NCBI GenBank assembly: GCA_045659785.1
Contig: JAZRCM010000003.1
Span: forward strand, 31,982-95,981
Length of the DNA stretch: 64,000 bases
Source: Alphaproteobacteria bacterium
GTDB taxonomy: Bacteria; Pseudomonadota; Alphaproteobacteria; RF32; CAG-239
Reading direction: 5' to 3'
Shown here: positions 62,362-64,000 of the stretch, one piece after another
Layout of the letters: each line of letters starts with the position of its first letter
Position numbering within the stretch: the first letter of the stretch is position 1
Made by a program: the position numbers and the translations under genes
The notes under the pieces: generated by a model
What the model was told of the DNA's origin: nothing
The model's database searches: none
What the model saw: only the letters and a program-made list of their open reading frames with translations

Positions 62362-63749
62362 TATTTTCTTTTGCCTTTCTTATTTACCAATGCTGCTCTC
62401 TTCAACAAACCCTCATATTGATAAGCAATAAGATGTGTTTGAACTTGGCTTACAAAATCCATAGTAACTTGAACCACGATAAGCAAAGTTGTACCCCCCA
62501 ATACAAATGGTACTGAAAGTTTAGAAATCAACACTTCCGGCAAAATACACAAAGCTGTCAAATAAGCAGCACCCAAAACTGTTAATCTGGTAATTACATA
62601 ATCCAAGTATTCAGCTGTATTTTTACCCGGACGAATACCTGCAACAAAACCACCATGTTTTTTCAAATTATCTGCAGTATCTTCAGGATTAAACACTACC
62701 GCTGTATAGAAAAATGCAAAGAAGATAATCAATGCAGAATACAAAGCCAAATACAACGGTTGACCATGACCGAGCAAACGACTCAATGTTTGCACCCAAG
62801 CCGGACCGTTATTAGCAGAAAAGTTAGCGATAGTAATCGGCAACAATAACAAAGAGCTTGCGAAAATCGGAGGAATAACACCTGTCGGATTTATTTTCAA
62901 CGGCAAGTGAGAACTTTCTGCCGAAGTCATTTTCATACCCATTTGACGCTTCGGATATTGAATAACGATTTTTCTTTGAGCTCTCTCAACCAAAACGATT
63001 ACATAAACCAAAGCCAAAACCATAGCCATTAACATCAAGATAACCCAAATTGACATTGAGCCTACACGTCCCAACTCAAAAGTTTGAGCTAAAGCAGTCG
63101 GAATATTGGCAATAATACCAACGGTAATAATCAATGATGAACCGTTACCGACACCTCGTGATGTAATTTGGTCACCGAGCCATACAATAAACATTGTACC
63201 GCCAACCAAAGAAACGATTGTTGTAAATCTGAATACAAAACCAGGCATAACAACTGCTGAAGCACCGCTACCTGCTGTCATTCCTTCAAGACCTACGGCA
63301 ATACCATAACCTTGAATAATGGTAATCAATACTGTTAAAACTTTTGTATAGTGAACCATTTTGCGATGACCGGCTTCGCCTTCTTTTTTCAAAGCAGCCA
63401 AAGAAGGAACGATAGACTGTCCGAGTTGCAAAATAATAGAAGCCGAAATGTATGGCATAATATTAAGTGCAAAAATAGTCATACGCTCTAACGCACCGCC
63501 GGCAAACATATTAAACATACCGAGAATACCGTTTCGGTTATTATCAAATATTTGCGCTAAAATATGCGGATCAATACCCGGCAACGGGATAAAAGTTCCT
63601 AAACGAAAAACAATCAAAGCCAAAATTGTAAACCACAATCTTTTCTTTAATTCTTCTGCTTTTCCAAAGGCTGACATATCTAAATTTGCAGCCATTTTTT
63701 CAGCAAGTGATACCATTTTTATTTCCTTATAATCATTTAAAATAAACAC
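62361..63749 (-). CDS. secY: Preprotein translocase subunit SecY
   Basis: 10-TM SecY pattern, 462 aa. Confidence 0.95.
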   Translation of the reverse strand: MFILNDYKEIKMVSLAEKMAANLDMSAFGKAEELKKRLWFTILALIVFRLGTFIPLPGIDPHILAQIFDNNRNGILGMFNMFAGGALERMTIFALNIMPYISASIILQLGQSIVPSLAALKKEGEAGHRKMVHYTKVLTVLITIIQGYGIAVGLEGMTAGSGASAVVMPGFVFRFTTIVSLVGGTMFIVWLGDQITSRGVGNGSSLIITVGIIANIPTALAQTFELGRVGSMSIWVILMLMAMVLALVYVIVLVERAQRKIVIQYPKRQMGMKMTSAESSHLPLKINPTGVIPPIFASSLLLLPITIANFSANNGPAWVQTLSRLLGHGQPLYLALYSALIIFFAFFYTAVVFNPEDTADNLKKHGGFVAGIRPGKNTAEYLDYVITRLTVLGAAYLTALCILPEVLISKLSVPFVLGGTTLLIVVQVTMDFVSQVQTHLIAYQYEGLLKRAALVNKKGKRK

Positions 63750-63851
63750 ACGGGGCAGAAAAGCCCTTTTTAGCTATGATATTAATACATCATATTTTTT
63801 TTAATTCAACTAAATAATGCCGATATTCAGCTAATTTTTTACACATAAAAT

Positions 63852-64000
63852 CTAAAACACCCAACAGATTGTATTATTACTGTCATGGCAAAGCTCTGCA
63901 GCTTTACTTACATTTACTGCCCCCTTAAATTCTTTTCCGTTTCCGGCTCCTAATGTTGCTCCGGGCGCATCCTTATTGATTGTAATTCTTGAAGCACCTT
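63852..64000 (-). CDS. Partial ORF running off the window end, possibly the 3' end of rplO (L15), unconfirmed
   Basis: Expected position upstream of secY in an alphaproteobacterial spc operon. The visible C-terminal 49 aa (..GAGNGKEFKGAVNVSKAAELCHDSNNTICWVF) only loosely resembles L15. Confidence 0.2.
   Translation of the reverse strand, partial: GASRITINKDAPGATLGAGNGKEFKGAVNVSKAAELCHDSNNTICWVF

Overview
This 64 kb window is low-GC (about one-third G+C by eye) and reads as a Gram-negative chromosome, most likely from an alphaproteobacterium. Evidence for that placement: the ribosomal cluster runs secY-adk-rpsM-rpsK-rpoA with no map/infA/rpmJ between adk and rpsM, a zinc-independent alpha-type L36 sits elsewhere, a CcrM-like beta-class MTase is present, and TolB, KdsB, Lgt and FtsB indicate an outer membrane. 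Gene coordinates for cas9, queA, acpP, ldh, lepA, GNAT, fliM, gap, dtd and the 32252..33013 secreted protein are adjusted to their likely true start codons; for cas2, the foreign secreted protein, the bPH protein, the RsuA/RluB synthase and the lipoprotein, ORF-track boundaries are kept and the probable internal start is noted in the evidence. The 5' 7 kb holds a complete, apparently intact type II-C CRISPR-Cas locus. It has a >=30-repeat array of identical 36-nt repeats, transcribed on the + strand, and each repeat ends in a perfect extended -10 box (TGcTATAAT). The array runs off the window start and is convergent with cas2-cas1-cas9 on the - strand. A divergent tracrRNA candidate with an anti-repeat and terminators lies upstream of cas9. 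Cas9 is ~1167 aa with no csn2 or cas4. The rest is mostly core housekeeping: sdaA, kdsB, queA, lgt, mltG, fabF, acpP, ldh, rpsU, pfk, ruvX, tolB, ettA, lepA, uvrB, smpB, bactofilin, an M23 peptidase, ftsB, tadA, rsmD, plsC, ftsEX, argS, gap, pgk, rplQ, dtd, rpoA, rpsK, rpsM, adk and secY. Several accessory or odd features interrupt it. (1) A 1227-aa protein carries a textbook type IV prepilin N-terminus (G|TLLVE), sits in an operon with two other secreted proteins and has no pilus assembly genes nearby; it is divergent from a short fliM-like switch gene. (2) Four genes with clearly higher G+C and different codon usage are scattered in the window and look horizontally acquired. (3) The canonical rpoA-rplQ junction is interrupted by ~1.7 kb carrying an XRE regulator, dtd, a small membrane protein and a ~200-nt structured region bounded by two terminators. 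(4) An alpha-type rpmJ is missing from the ORF track. (5) A GC-rich intergenic element has nested long inverted repeats. (6) There is an orphan CcrM-like MTase, a degenerate GGDEF membrane protein and an HNH nuclease.
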